From Candidatus Poribacteria bacterium (lineage in GTDB: Bacteria > Poribacteria > WGA-4E > WGA-3G), in the NCBI GenBank assembly GCA_965215265.1, contig OZ244048.1, positions 3,584,001-3,648,000 on the forward strand: a stretch of 64,000 bases of DNA. Direction: 5' to 3'. Positions 1 through 8,977 of the stretch are shown here, piece by piece. Position numbers and translations under genes: made by a program. Numbering within the stretch: position 1 is the first letter of the stretch; every line of letters begins with the position of its first letter. A model generated the notes under the pieces. The model saw nothing but the letters and a program-made list of their open reading frames with translations, searched no databases and was not told where the DNA came from.

Positions 1-55
1 TCAACCTGATTTAACAGTAAACGATTTTACGGAATTGGCAGCAGCATTGCTGTAA
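1..55 (+). CDS. 3' end of a truncated CDS, probably a HAD-family hydrolase
   Basis: Frame 2 reads QPDLTVNDFTELAAALL-TAA (stop 53-55), which resembles the PD.xV.DF.EL C-terminus of HAD hydrolases. Confidence 0.4.
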   Translation, partial: QPDLTVNDFTELAAALL

Positions 56-101
56 ATGAAAGTAGCTCGTTCAAGGACTGCCCGGAAAGGTGACGGTAGT
101 T

Positions 102-2702
102 TCAATTATTTTCTAATGCTTTAGCAACTAGCACAAGGTCAAGAATGTTGACAATGCCATCTCTATTTAGATCTGCTAGGTTTTCCTCTCCGGGTTCTCC
201 AAACTGCGACGAAACCAGCATCAAATCCTGAAGAGTGACAACACCGTCGCCATTGATATCTTCGGGCCGTTGTAGAGTTGGCGGTGCCTTGCGTTCCGGG
301 TAACTAAAGTATTCTTTAATGCGGGGCGCATCTTTGAAAAACATCAGATTTTCCTCAGAGATGCTATCGATCTTCTGAATAAGCCATCTATCATTTTTTT
401 TCACTAAGTAAATGTACGTCTCTCCAGGGTAGGCACCTTTGAAGCAATTGGGGCCCTTCGCGCTGGCCTCTGTTGGAAGTATCCAGAAATTTGTGAGTGC
501 ATCATCTGGTCCCCACTTATCGTCTCTAGTCCCGAAACCGTTCCATAAGCCTTTAAATGCTACTGTGACATCGTCCCAACCTCTTGCGATAGGGATCCAT
601 GCACTGCGCGAAAACACAGTACCAAATTGGGGTTCTGAGGTATCAAATGTTGCTGCGACCTTATCGATATCTTTATCGTTAAAGGCACGATAAAAGTCAC
701 TATAAACTTTCTGGATTTCAATTTTCGCTGCCTCAAATTCAATCGGCGGTAGTGCTGCTGTAGCTGCTGGTTCAAAAGACGAGGCTTCCTGCATCATGTT
801 GTTTGCAAGTGTATGTTGCGAAATTATATTGCCTAAATCCCAGAATAACACCGTACCATCTTCATTTCCGGAGGCGAGTGTTTGCCCGTCAGGGCTAAAA
901 AAGAGGGATACGATACCGGCAGGTCCGGCGAATGAGCCTTTGAGTGCACCAGAATGGGTATCCCACAATAGCACTGTCCCTATTCTACTTCCACTTGCGA
1001 GTACGTTCCCATCTAGACTGAAGGTAACACTCCAGACATCATCTGTATGCCCAAGGAGCGTCGTTTTGAGTTTAGCGGTGCTTATATCCCATAGGAGAAC
1101 AGTTTTCCGGCTTCCACTTGCAAGCGTGCGGCCGTCAGGGCTGAAGGCAAGGCTTCGAATCCTGTCTCTATGTCCGGTGAGTGTAACTTTGTGATGTCCA
1201 CTTGGAACATCCCATAGACGTACCGCTCCTCGACTTCCACTTGCAAGCGTCTGTCCATCCGGACTGAAAACAACACTCGGGGTGCCATCTATATGCGCAA
1301 GGAGCGTTCTTTTATGGTGCCCACTGATAGTATCCCACAAGCAGACCTTAGTATCTGCACTCCCACTGGCAAGAATGCGCCCATCTGGACTGAATGCAAG
1401 GCTTCGGACACCCCGCGTATGTCCAACGAAGGTATTTTTATGTTTTCCTGTTTCTACATCCCATAACCGGATCGTGTGGTCTCTAGAGCCCCCAGCACTT
1501 GCAAGCGTCTGCCCATCCGGACTGAAGACGACAGCTTGAATATAACTTGTATGGCCAGTGAGAACGGCTTTTTGCCGTCCCGTGCCAACATCCCACAACC
1601 GCACTGTCTTATCATCACTTGCCGCGGCCAGTGTGCGCCAATTAGGCGTGAAGGTAAAAGTTTCGCCACTCATTGCATGGCCCGTAATCGTAGTTTCACG
1701 CGTACCAGTGATACTATCCCACAGATACACCGTGCCATCCCAACCTACACTCGCAAGCGTGCGTCCATCTGGTGCGAACGCAACGCTTGAGACGCTATCT
1801 GTATGAGATAACGTGTTTCTATAGGTGGCACTAGGGAAGTCCCACAAACACACCGTGCCGTCCGAGCTCGCACTAGCAAGCGTCCGTTCATCGGTACTGA
1901 AGTCGAGACTATAGACTTGGGCTGTATGCCCCGTGAGAGTGGCTTTGTGTTTACCTGTGACAACATCCCAGAGACGCACTGTCGTGTCAAAACTTGCACT
2001 GGCAAGCGTTTTCCCATCCGGACTGAAAGCGATTGAAGTGAGCTCATTCGTATGGCCTGTTAGTCTTAATTTGACACGTCCCGTGACAGTATCCCGGAGT
2101 TGTATCGTGTCATTTTCCCAACCATCAGTTGCAAATGTGCGACCGTCCGGACTAAAGACAAGGTTCTTTACTGAATCCGTATTCCCGCGAAACGTCGCTT
2201 TATGTTCGCCCGTGACAGCATCCCAGAATCGCACTGTGTTGTCGTGCCCTCCCGTACTAGCAAGGGTCCGCCCATCAGGACTGAAAGTGACACTTGCAAT
2301 CCGGGATTTATGCTCCGTGCGTATGGTTTTATGTTCACTTGTGATAGTATCCCAGAGCCGTAACGTCTTATCAGACGCAGCTGCACTTGCAAGTACATGC
2401 CCATCGGGACTGAAAGCAATGCTCATAATACCGCCTATCTGCCCGGTAAGCAAGTTTAGTTCTTCATACGTGTGTGTATCGTAGAGCCAGATACCGATGG
2501 TCGTTGCAACTGCAAGCCGAGTGCCATCCGGAGAGAAGATGACATTCCCAAATATCCAGCCTTTCCCAATGCGCTGTTTGGCTCCTTGTGGTAATTTCCA
2601 CTGTGTATAATCTGCAACAGAGGCGAACGTAAAAAATACAAAAAAGGTAAGTAGCGTTAATATAGCGGTTTGCAGGCTTCGTGTGAGTCGCCGCATTTCC
2701 AT
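102..2702 (-). CDS. Secreted WD40-repeat protein with an NTF2/SnoaL-like domain and a C-terminal dockerin-like domain
   Basis: Signal peptide; about 14 GH...FSPDG.TLAS...D.TV.LWD repeats; C-terminal EDINGDGVV...ADLNRDGIVNILDL dockerin-like pair. Confidence 0.9.
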   Translation of the reverse strand: MEMRRLTRSLQTAILTLLTFFVFFTFASVADYTQWKLPQGAKQRIGKGWIFGNVIFSPDGTRLAVATTIGIWLYDTHTYEELNLLTGQIGGIMSIAFSPDGHVLASAAASDKTLRLWDTITSEHKTIRTEHKSRIASVTFSPDGRTLASTGGHDNTVRFWDAVTGEHKATFRGNTDSVKNLVFSPDGRTFATDGWENDTIQLRDTVTGRVKLRLTGHTNELTSIAFSPDGKTLASASFDTTVRLWDVVTGKHKATLTGHTAQVYSLDFSTDERTLASASSDGTVCLWDFPSATYRNTLSHTDSVSSVAFAPDGRTLASVGWDGTVYLWDSITGTRETTITGHAMSGETFTFTPNWRTLAAASDDKTVRLWDVGTGRQKAVLTGHTSYIQAVVFSPDGQTLASAGGSRDHTIRLWDVETGKHKNTFVGHTRGVRSLAFSPDGRILASGSADTKVCLWDTISGHHKRTLLAHIDGTPSVVFSPDGQTLASGSRGAVRLWDVPSGHHKVTLTGHRDRIRSLAFSPDGRTLASGSRKTVLLWDISTAKLKTTLLGHTDDVWSVTFSLDGNVLASGSRIGTVLLWDTHSGALKGSFAGPAGIVSLFFSPDGQTLASGNEDGTVLFWDLGNIISQHTLANNMMQEASSFEPAATAALPPIEFEAAKIEIQKVYSDFYRAFNDKDIDKVAATFDTSEPQFGTVFSRSAWIPIARGWDDVTVAFKGLWNGFGTRDDKWGPDDALTNFWILPTEASAKGPNCFKGAYPGETYIYLVKKNDRWLIQKIDSISEENLMFFKDAPRIKEYFSYPERKAPPTLQRPEDINGDGVVTLQDLMLVSSQFGEPGEENLADLNRDGIVNILDLVLVAKALENN

Positions 2703-2723
2703 GGATTCGGTCTCCTGTTTGAT

Positions 2724-4790
2724 TTAATTTTGTGATTTTTGTATTACTGCAGCGATCAGCACAAGATCTGCAATATTGATAACTCCGTCCTCATTGACAT
2801 CCGCGAGGTTATCTGTACTCGGCTGCCCGAATAGTTCAGCAACAACAGTCAGATCCAGTAGATCTACAACACCGTCACGGTTGACATCTTCACGGAATTG
2901 CCGAATTTCTTCTTCACCATCCACTGTTTGCGGAATGTCCCAGAGTAGCACCGCTGCTCCACTACTTGCCAGGGTGTTGCCATCCGGACTAAACATGATA
3001 CTATAAATTGAACCTGCATTCGGGCTGAGCGTTGCTTTAATCTCACCCATGGTAGCATCCCAGAAGTGTACCTTCTGGTCTCCGCGAGCACCGCCGGCAC
3101 TCGCGAGGATCCGGCCGCCCGGACGATAGGTAACGCTATTGACTGGACCTGTATGTCCGATGAGAGAGATTTTGAGCATACCACTCCGAGTATCCCAGAG
3201 TCGGACGGTGTTATCGTCACTTCCACTCGCAATAGTACGACTATCTGGACTAAAAGCGACGCTATTGACTCGTTCTGTATGTCCGATGAGGACGACTTTT
3301 TGCGTACCAGCAGCGACATCCCAGAGTCGGACGGTGTTATCGTCACTTCCACTCGCAATAGTACGACTATCTGGACTGAAAACGACTGAAGTAACACCCC
3401 TTATATGCCCACGCAGTGTGCTTTTGTGTGTGCGAGCGGCATAGTACAACTGCACTGTACTCTGGCTACTGCCACTAGCGAAGAGTAGACCGTCCGGACT
3501 AAAGGCGATTGAGGCAATCCCTGAACCACTGGCCCTATTGCCGGTATAACCTTTGATGGTTGCTCTGTGAGTACTGTTAGAAACATCCCACAGACGTATA
3601 TGCCATCCAATACCACTTGCCAGTGTCTTGCCATCCGGACTGAAAGTCAAAGAGTTACCTGACTCCTCAGTGAGTGTTGCTTTGTGGACACCTATGGTGG
3701 GATGCCACAAGTTTATCTCCCTCCAACCTCTAGCGGCAAGTATGTTACCCTCAGGATTGAAAGCGACTGAAGAAACACCCGGTGTATGCCCCATAATTGC
3801 CCCTATTTGTGCCCCATTCCCAGCATCCCACAGATACAGCTCACCCGTTCCACCACTTGCTAAAGTCTTACCGTCCGGACTAAAGGCAATTGCATAAACG
3901 CTAATGCTTGACAGATGGCCGGTGAGCGTAGCTTTATGTGCACCTGTAGTTGCTTCCCATAGATTCAATTCGCCCCAGCCGCTGCTAGCAAGGGTCCTAC
4001 CATCCGGACTGAACAAAACGTACGACATACGTTTAGGGAGAGTTGCCTTGTGTTCGCCAGTTGCAACGTCCCAGATCCCACCATTTCCGTTCCAACTCCC
4101 AGTTGCAAGTGTTTTGCTATCCGGACTGAAATCGATCCCCCAAACATCTTCCGTATCTACCGTGAGTACCGTTCTAAGCTGCCAATTCGTGATATCCCAC
4201 AAACGTACTGTGTTGTCCTTGTAGCCCCCACCGGTTGCAAGCATCTGGCCATCCGAACTAAAGACAACAGAGTGTACACTCCCCTCATGTCCTGTGAGCG
4301 TGGTTTTGTGTTGTTCACTCACAACATCCCATACACGCACGGTACGGTCTCCACTTCCACTGGCTAGGGTGCGGCTGTCCGGACTAAAGTCCAAACTATA
4401 GACATCGCGCTCATGCCCTATAAGTGTGGTTTTGAGTTGTCCGCTGACAGTAGCCCACACCCGCACTGTACCATCATAACCCCCACTTGCGAGCCTCTGG
4501 CCGTCTGGACTGTATGCGATACAGCTAACACCGCCCGTATGTCCGGTGAGTAGATCGAGTTCTTCACCGGTGGATGTATCGTAACTCCAAATTCCGATGG
4601 TAGTGGCTACGGCGAGGCGGTTTCCATCAGAGGTATAGGCTAAGTCACTGATACTCCCCTTGCCTAACCGCGCTTTAGCACCCTCAGGTAAGCCCCATTC
4701 GGTGTAATTTTGAGAAAAAACAGTTGGAGTAGAGATTGTTAAAGTTAATATCGTCTGCAGTAAGATGTGCACTAATTGCCTTATTTTCAT
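2724..4790 (-). CDS. Secreted WD40-repeat protein with a C-terminal dockerin-like domain
   Basis: Signal peptide; N-terminal YTEWGLPEGAKARLGKG motif shared with the neighbour; WD40 repeats; EDVNRDGVVD...ADVNEDGVINIADL. Confidence 0.9.
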   Translation of the reverse strand: MKIRQLVHILLQTILTLTISTPTVFSQNYTEWGLPEGAKARLGKGSISDLAYTSDGNRLAVATTIGIWSYDTSTGEELDLLTGHTGGVSCIAYSPDGQRLASGGYDGTVRVWATVSGQLKTTLIGHERDVYSLDFSPDSRTLASGSGDRTVRVWDVVSEQHKTTLTGHEGSVHSVVFSSDGQMLATGGGYKDNTVRLWDITNWQLRTVLTVDTEDVWGIDFSPDSKTLATGSWNGNGGIWDVATGEHKATLPKRMSYVLFSPDGRTLASSGWGELNLWEATTGAHKATLTGHLSSISVYAIAFSPDGKTLASGGTGELYLWDAGNGAQIGAIMGHTPGVSSVAFNPEGNILAARGWREINLWHPTIGVHKATLTEESGNSLTFSPDGKTLASGIGWHIRLWDVSNSTHRATIKGYTGNRASGSGIASIAFSPDGLLFASGSSQSTVQLYYAARTHKSTLRGHIRGVTSVVFSPDSRTIASGSDDNTVRLWDVAAGTQKVVLIGHTERVNSVAFSPDSRTIASGSDDNTVRLWDTRSGMLKISLIGHTGPVNSVTYRPGGRILASAGGARGDQKVHFWDATMGEIKATLSPNAGSIYSIMFSPDGNTLASSGAAVLLWDIPQTVDGEEEIRQFREDVNRDGVVDLLDLTVVAELFGQPSTDNLADVNEDGVINIADLVLIAAVIQKSQN
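3192..3377. repeat. Exact 60-nt direct repeat with a 126-nt period (one WD40 unit) inside the CDS
   Basis: ATCCCAGAGTCGG...CTATCTGGACT is identical at 3192-3251 and 3318-3377. Confidence 0.9.
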
Positions 4791-4833
4791 AGTACCGGTC
4801 TCCAGTTAGCAAGATATTGTGTGCTGTGATTAT

Positions 4834-4849
4834 TGCAAATATTATGCCA
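4834..4849 (-). promoter_or_regulatory. Sigma54 (-24/-12) promoter of the WD40 gene pair
   Basis: Minus strand TGGCAT-AATAT-TTGCA, 44 nt upstream of the ATG. Confidence 0.7.
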
Positions 4850-5227
4850 ATAGTTTCTTGTATATTTAAGCCCCATCAACGCTTAGGTATTGACAGCCCG
4901 TGTGTAAATCTCGTCGGAGCCTCTTGATGTATAGTAAAACAGCACTGCTATCTTTCTATCTTATCAGGAAGCACATGATTGTCCAGAATTTGAACATTTC
5001 ATGCTAATAATCTGTAAACCGAGGGTGGACGTGGGGCGAATAACGGGATGGTGGGAGTTGATCTCTATAAGTAGGGAAAGATATTTATCAAATCAGTTTT
5101 TTTTGTATATCTCCGTACCATCAACGTCTAGGTAATGATAGCTCGTGTATAAATCTCATCGGAGACTCTTGATGTTTTGTCTCTAAGATGCAACTTTTTT
5201 GTATATCTCCGTACCATCATCTGCAGT

Positions 5228-5272
5228 TGCCCTATATTGTGCAAAGACATCAGGATTGCCCGTTTTTGTGCA
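5228..5272. promoter_or_regulatory. Paired NtrC-like enhancer sites (TGCCC-N6-GTGCA x2)
   Basis: Sites at 5228-5243 and 5257-5272; the same motif pair occurs in reverse orientation at 61189-61234, near a second sigma54 promoter. Confidence 0.55.
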
Positions 5273-5405
5273 AATTATTTTTGATGTTTTTTTCGTATAT
5301 CTCCGTACCATCACTGCTTATGCATTGTTTAATCGTGTGTAAATCTCGTCGGAGACTCCTTAGGTATAGTCTTTTAAAATCAAAACCTAAAATCGCTCAG
5401 AAGTT

Positions 5406-5427
5406 CGGGCGGAGTACACTCCGCCCG
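5406..5427. repeat. GC-rich palindrome (REP-like hairpin)
   Basis: CGGGCGGAGT-AC-ACTCCGCCCG with perfect 10-bp arms. Confidence 0.6.
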
Positions 5428-5680
5428 TATGTGAGAAAGGTTTTCGTATATCTCCGTACCGTCAACGTCTATGCTTTTGAGGGCTCGTGTGTAAATCTCG
5501 TCGGAGATATCTTAGGCATAGCGTAGCATAAAGCGGCTCTGGCGAGATTTGTATAGGCCTTATCAAAGCAGCAACCTTTATGGTACTGCAGTAGACGAAA
5601 GGATATAGGAATATGGGTACAGATGCCGTTAAAACCTAATGGATACAGGTCATCAATACAACTGAAGAGAGAAAACGGTG

Positions 5681-6517
5681 TTAAGACCAGACGAACACTT
5701 CGTCATCGTCAGCGGAATAGCCGATGAAAACTGCCAAGACAATCCGTGCGCGATTTCCTGCAACGGGTGGCACCTCGTGGATACATCGCGTGTTGAAAAA
5801 GTAGAGATCGCCCTGCTCTAAATCGACTTGGTAATTCTCTACGCCGTTTTCTGCTGCGTACTTGTCAAAGGTTTCCTCTGCAATGTGGGGCTGAATGTCT
5901 TCTGACCAGAGGCATCGATGCAAAATGGCCTGGGTGCCTGTTCCGCGTTCGTCAGCGTTTTGGACGCACAAAACCCCTGCAAACTGATGCTCAAAACGGT
6001 AGACGGCATAATCTGTGCGATGTTCCCGATATTTAACGTGATCTATATGTGGCTTGTAACTATGCGTCTCATAATGCACTCGGAAAATGGCAGGTCCGTA
6101 GAGTGCGCCGTCGGGTTCGCGTGCTACTTTAACCTTCTTCCCGGGTGCGAGGGCTGAAAGGGATTCATAGATGAGGTTAACGGGATTATCAAATCCGTTA
6201 AATAGAAATTTGAAGAGGTGGTGCGTCTCTTTTGCGTGTGTTAAAAAACGGGTTTTATCGTTGCCACGGTTGCCAAGACTCGTGCCGATGTCGATTCGGG
6301 TTCGTTTGTCGTGGGAGTTGATGTCTGCTTCATCGCGCATTAATCCCATGTTGGTGAACCGGCGGATAAGCTTATCACATTGTTCCGGTGGATATGCTTG
6401 CCGCAAAATAATCGCCGGTACTTCCGCTTGAGAAAGTGCATAAATCGGATCAGGGTAAGTTTCACAGACTGTTTTAAGGTCAGGTTGAGCCGGAAGCCAA
6501 TTGGTTGAAGCGTGCAT
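5681..6517 (-). CDS. 2OG-Fe(II) oxygenase superfamily protein
   Basis: HID (HxD) motif; GDLYFFNTRCIHEV distal His followed by RIV. Confidence 0.7.
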   Translation of the reverse strand: MHASTNWLPAQPDLKTVCETYPDPIYALSQAEVPAIILRQAYPPEQCDKLIRRFTNMGLMRDEADINSHDKRTRIDIGTSLGNRGNDKTRFLTHAKETHHLFKFLFNGFDNPVNLIYESLSALAPGKKVKVAREPDGALYGPAIFRVHYETHSYKPHIDHVKYREHRTDYAVYRFEHQFAGVLCVQNADERGTGTQAILHRCLWSEDIQPHIAEETFDKYAAENGVENYQVDLEQGDLYFFNTRCIHEVPPVAGNRARIVLAVFIGYSADDDEVFVWS

Positions 6518-6601
6518 ATTAACCTCATTGTGTAGAAAGTCCTGATATAGTTAGGAATCAGTTTGAAACCAACAGGAAGAAAAATAACTGTTGCATCAAA
6601 T

Positions 6602-7426
6602 TTAGAAACTGGGATAAAAAAGATAATCCTCCAGTTTTTCGTCAACAAATTCTGCATTTGGGTCAAGGTCACTGTTTTCAAAGGCTGCTTCGCATCCGTT
6701 TCTATATTTTAGGCGGCGGTTAGAGCGGAGCCATCGGACGCGGTGAATCATCGCAATCATGTGCCGTGGTTCGTCGGACAGGTTGGGTACCCCTCGGTGC
6801 CAAAGCCGTATGTCTCGAATCAGGGCGCTGCCCTTCTTTGCATTTCCGCGGATAGGTGGCACGATTTTGCGGCGTGCTTCTTCTGCTTCTGCCTCTATCC
6901 GTCGGCTACTGACATCAAAGTGCGAGCCGGGCCAGAGCTCTACACTGCCATTCTCCTCGGTGGTATCCTGCGGGGAAATATTAACGACGACTTCTGCTGG
7001 CGGATGTGCTACCTCTTGTTGAAGCCACAGCTGATCGCCGTCCCTATGCAGCGGTTGTGTTGTGCTACCGGGGCAGTTGGTGTTGCCGTTGTAAAAGTTG
7101 TTGTAAACGCCAGCGCCGAGTAGCGCCTTCGTTACCTGCACGATGTAAGGGTTTGCAACGATGTCGTTGAAGATATAGGGGGCGAATGGCGGAGGGCCCT
7201 GTTGTAGGTGTCCTTTAAGCCGTCCGGCCCCGCCCCATTTCTCGGCTTTAATTAGGCGTTGTGAATCGGCATCCATCCGTTCACGCAAAATGTCCAAATG
7301 TTGATGAGAGATAACGTTCTCCAAGACAACATAACCATCAACACGAATGGCATTAACGGCTTGGATGACATGGGATTCTGTTAGTTCACCAGCTGCCAAT
7401 TCTTCAGGTTGTACTGTTATTTCCAT
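6602..7426 (-). CDS. Phytanoyl-CoA dioxygenase (PhyH) family protein
   Basis: DGYVVLENVI, QPLHRD, ENGSVELWPGSH, WHRG; start taken at ATG 7426, just after the upstream stop. Confidence 0.85.
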   Translation of the reverse strand: MEITVQPEELAAGELTESHVIQAVNAIRVDGYVVLENVISHQHLDILRERMDADSQRLIKAEKWGGAGRLKGHLQQGPPPFAPYIFNDIVANPYIVQVTKALLGAGVYNNFYNGNTNCPGSTTQPLHRDGDQLWLQQEVAHPPAEVVVNISPQDTTEENGSVELWPGSHFDVSSRRIEAEAEEARRKIVPPIRGNAKKGSALIRDIRLWHRGVPNLSDEPRHMIAMIHRVRWLRSNRRLKYRNGCEAAFENSDLDPNAEFVDEKLEDYLFYPSF

Positions 7427-7427
7427 G

Positions 7428-8795
7428 TTAATTTTCCTCGGTGCTATCAAAAAATTCATCGTAGAGGGCTTGCACCGCTGTCTCCATATTCTCCGATTTT
7501 ATACCGAACATCATACTGACTTCATTAGAACCTTGGTTAATCATCTCAATATTGACGTTTGCTCCTGCTAATGCGTGCGTGGCTCGTGCAGCAATTCCGA
7601 CAGTATGTTGCATTCCTTCACCAACGACCATGATTAGCGAACGTCCACGTGCTACTGAGACATCTTCAGGCGCGAGTTTCTGTCGAATCTGTTCAACGAC
7701 GTTTTTCTCTTTCGCTGCAGGTAAGTTGTCTTCACGAATGATGATCGACATATTATCTATGCCTGAGGGGACATGCTCAAAAGAGATGTCCTCGGCTTCC
7801 AATACTTGCAATAACCTCCGCCCGAACCCGATTTGACGGTTCATGAGATACTTACTGAGATAAACGCAGCAGACATTATCCATAGCAGCGATACCGACAA
7901 CCGGAAAGCTCTTCAAGGGGCGTTCCGGGACAATCCGCGTACCAAATGCTTTTGGGTTATTGGTATTTCGGATATGCACCGGTACTTGCGCGCGATACAC
8001 AGGTTCCAATGCTTCATCATGGAAGACAGAAAACCCGGCGTAAGAGAGTTCGCGCATTTCACGATAGGTCAACTCCATAATTGCAGCAGGATTATTAATG
8101 ATTGACGGGTTCGCCGCGAAGACGGAATCTACATCCGTAAAATTTTCATAAACATGTGCACGAACGGCGCTGGCGAGAATTGCCCCCGTGATGTCCGAGC
8201 CGCCGCGCGAAAACGTAACAATATTGCCCGCTTTGGAATAACCGAAGAATCCGGGGAATACCGTGATGCCTGGGCGTTCGCGAAGTTCTCGCAAATAGGT
8301 ATATGCTTCCGGGAGAACTTGAGCGTTTCCGGGTTCATCTGATAGCAGCAACCCGGCATCTTTCGGATTAACGTAGTGCGCTTCTACACCATGCGCCCGT
8401 AAAATTTCTGCTATGAGTTTGGCACAGTTATCTTCACCGCCGGCCTTCATCGTATCCATGTATAAATCAGCATCGGCAGTACTGTTTTCCAGCCGTTCAG
8501 TGAAGTCTTGCGCTACAACATCGACACTTTCTGGCGGCAAGCCTAATTCAGAGGCGATGCTTCTGTAACGTTCAATGGCTTCTGCACATTCTGATGCTCC
8601 AATTTTGCCCATTAACCTCTCTGAGGCCGCCGAAATGAGCAGATCGGTGACTTTGATGTCTTGGCTATGTCGTTTTCCAGGTGCCGAGACAACGATTAAT
8701 CGTCGTGCCGGGTCAGCAGTGATGATGTCACAGACCTGGCGGACTTGCTCTGCTGATGCGAGGGAGCTCCCGCCAAATTTCGATACTTTTAACAA
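7428..8795 (-). CDS. lysC: Aspartate kinase
   Basis: KFGGSSLA, VVSAPGKR, FSRGGSDITG, TDVD, YREMRELSY; C-terminal ACT domains. Confidence 0.9.
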   Translation of the reverse strand: MLKVSKFGGSSLASAEQVRQVCDIITADPARRLIVVSAPGKRHSQDIKVTDLLISAASERLMGKIGASECAEAIERYRSIASELGLPPESVDVVAQDFTERLENSTADADLYMDTMKAGGEDNCAKLIAEILRAHGVEAHYVNPKDAGLLLSDEPGNAQVLPEAYTYLRELRERPGITVFPGFFGYSKAGNIVTFSRGGSDITGAILASAVRAHVYENFTDVDSVFAANPSIINNPAAIMELTYREMRELSYAGFSVFHDEALEPVYRAQVPVHIRNTNNPKAFGTRIVPERPLKSFPVVGIAAMDNVCCVYLSKYLMNRQIGFGRRLLQVLEAEDISFEHVPSGIDNMSIIIREDNLPAAKEKNVVEQIRQKLAPEDVSVARGRSLIMVVGEGMQHTVGIAARATHALAGANVNIEMINQGSNEVSMMFGIKSENMETAVQALYDEFFDSTEEN

Positions 8796-8839
8796 TCCGG
8801 TTCCTCCAATTCTTCCGTGGTTACAGTAGTAAAACCCAT

Positions 8840-8977
8840 CTATTCAAAAAGTTGCACAACCTGATAAGAGAGGCCTTCGATGACGTTCGCGCTGTCAAGA
8901 AATTCTTCCAACGTCATCTTCATAGATTCAAGAGGCAGTTTCCGTGCTTGCGCGAATTGGTACTTTTCCAGATGCAT
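8840..8977 (-). pseudogene. Internally deleted Uma2 (DUF820) endonuclease-like remnant
   Basis: 45-aa ORF joining the Uma2-like N-terminus KMTLEEFL directly to the Uma2-like C-terminus VIEGLSYQVVQLFE. Confidence 0.55.

Larger units (their letters stand above)
4855..5601. repeat. Cluster of a two-box dispersed repeat (TTTTCGTATATCTCCGTACCATCA-N20-CGTGTGTAAATCTCGTCGGAG)
   Basis: Copies at 4855-4919, 5100-5164, 5196-5219 (half), 5290-5354 and 5441-5506, plus a degenerate inverted copy at 5537-5601. Confidence 0.85.

Noticed and set aside
36-51. Sigma54-like TGGCAG-CAGCA-TTGCT
   Set aside because: It lies in the last codons of a probable CDS and points into a convergent gene end.
439-4367. Numerous antisense and alternate-frame ORFs over the WD40 genes, and similar ones elsewhere
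   Set aside because: These are shadows of repetitive coding sequence with no independent features.
5188-5526. 112-aa ORF from the track
   Set aside because: It runs through the non-coding repeats and has no recognisable motif or ribosome-binding site.
4855-5601. CRISPR array or integron attC interpretation of the repeat cluster
   Set aside because: The period is irregular (245, 96, 94, 151 bp), the cores are related to each other, one copy is inverted, there are no RYYYAAC/GTTRRRY ends, and no cas or intI gene is in the window.
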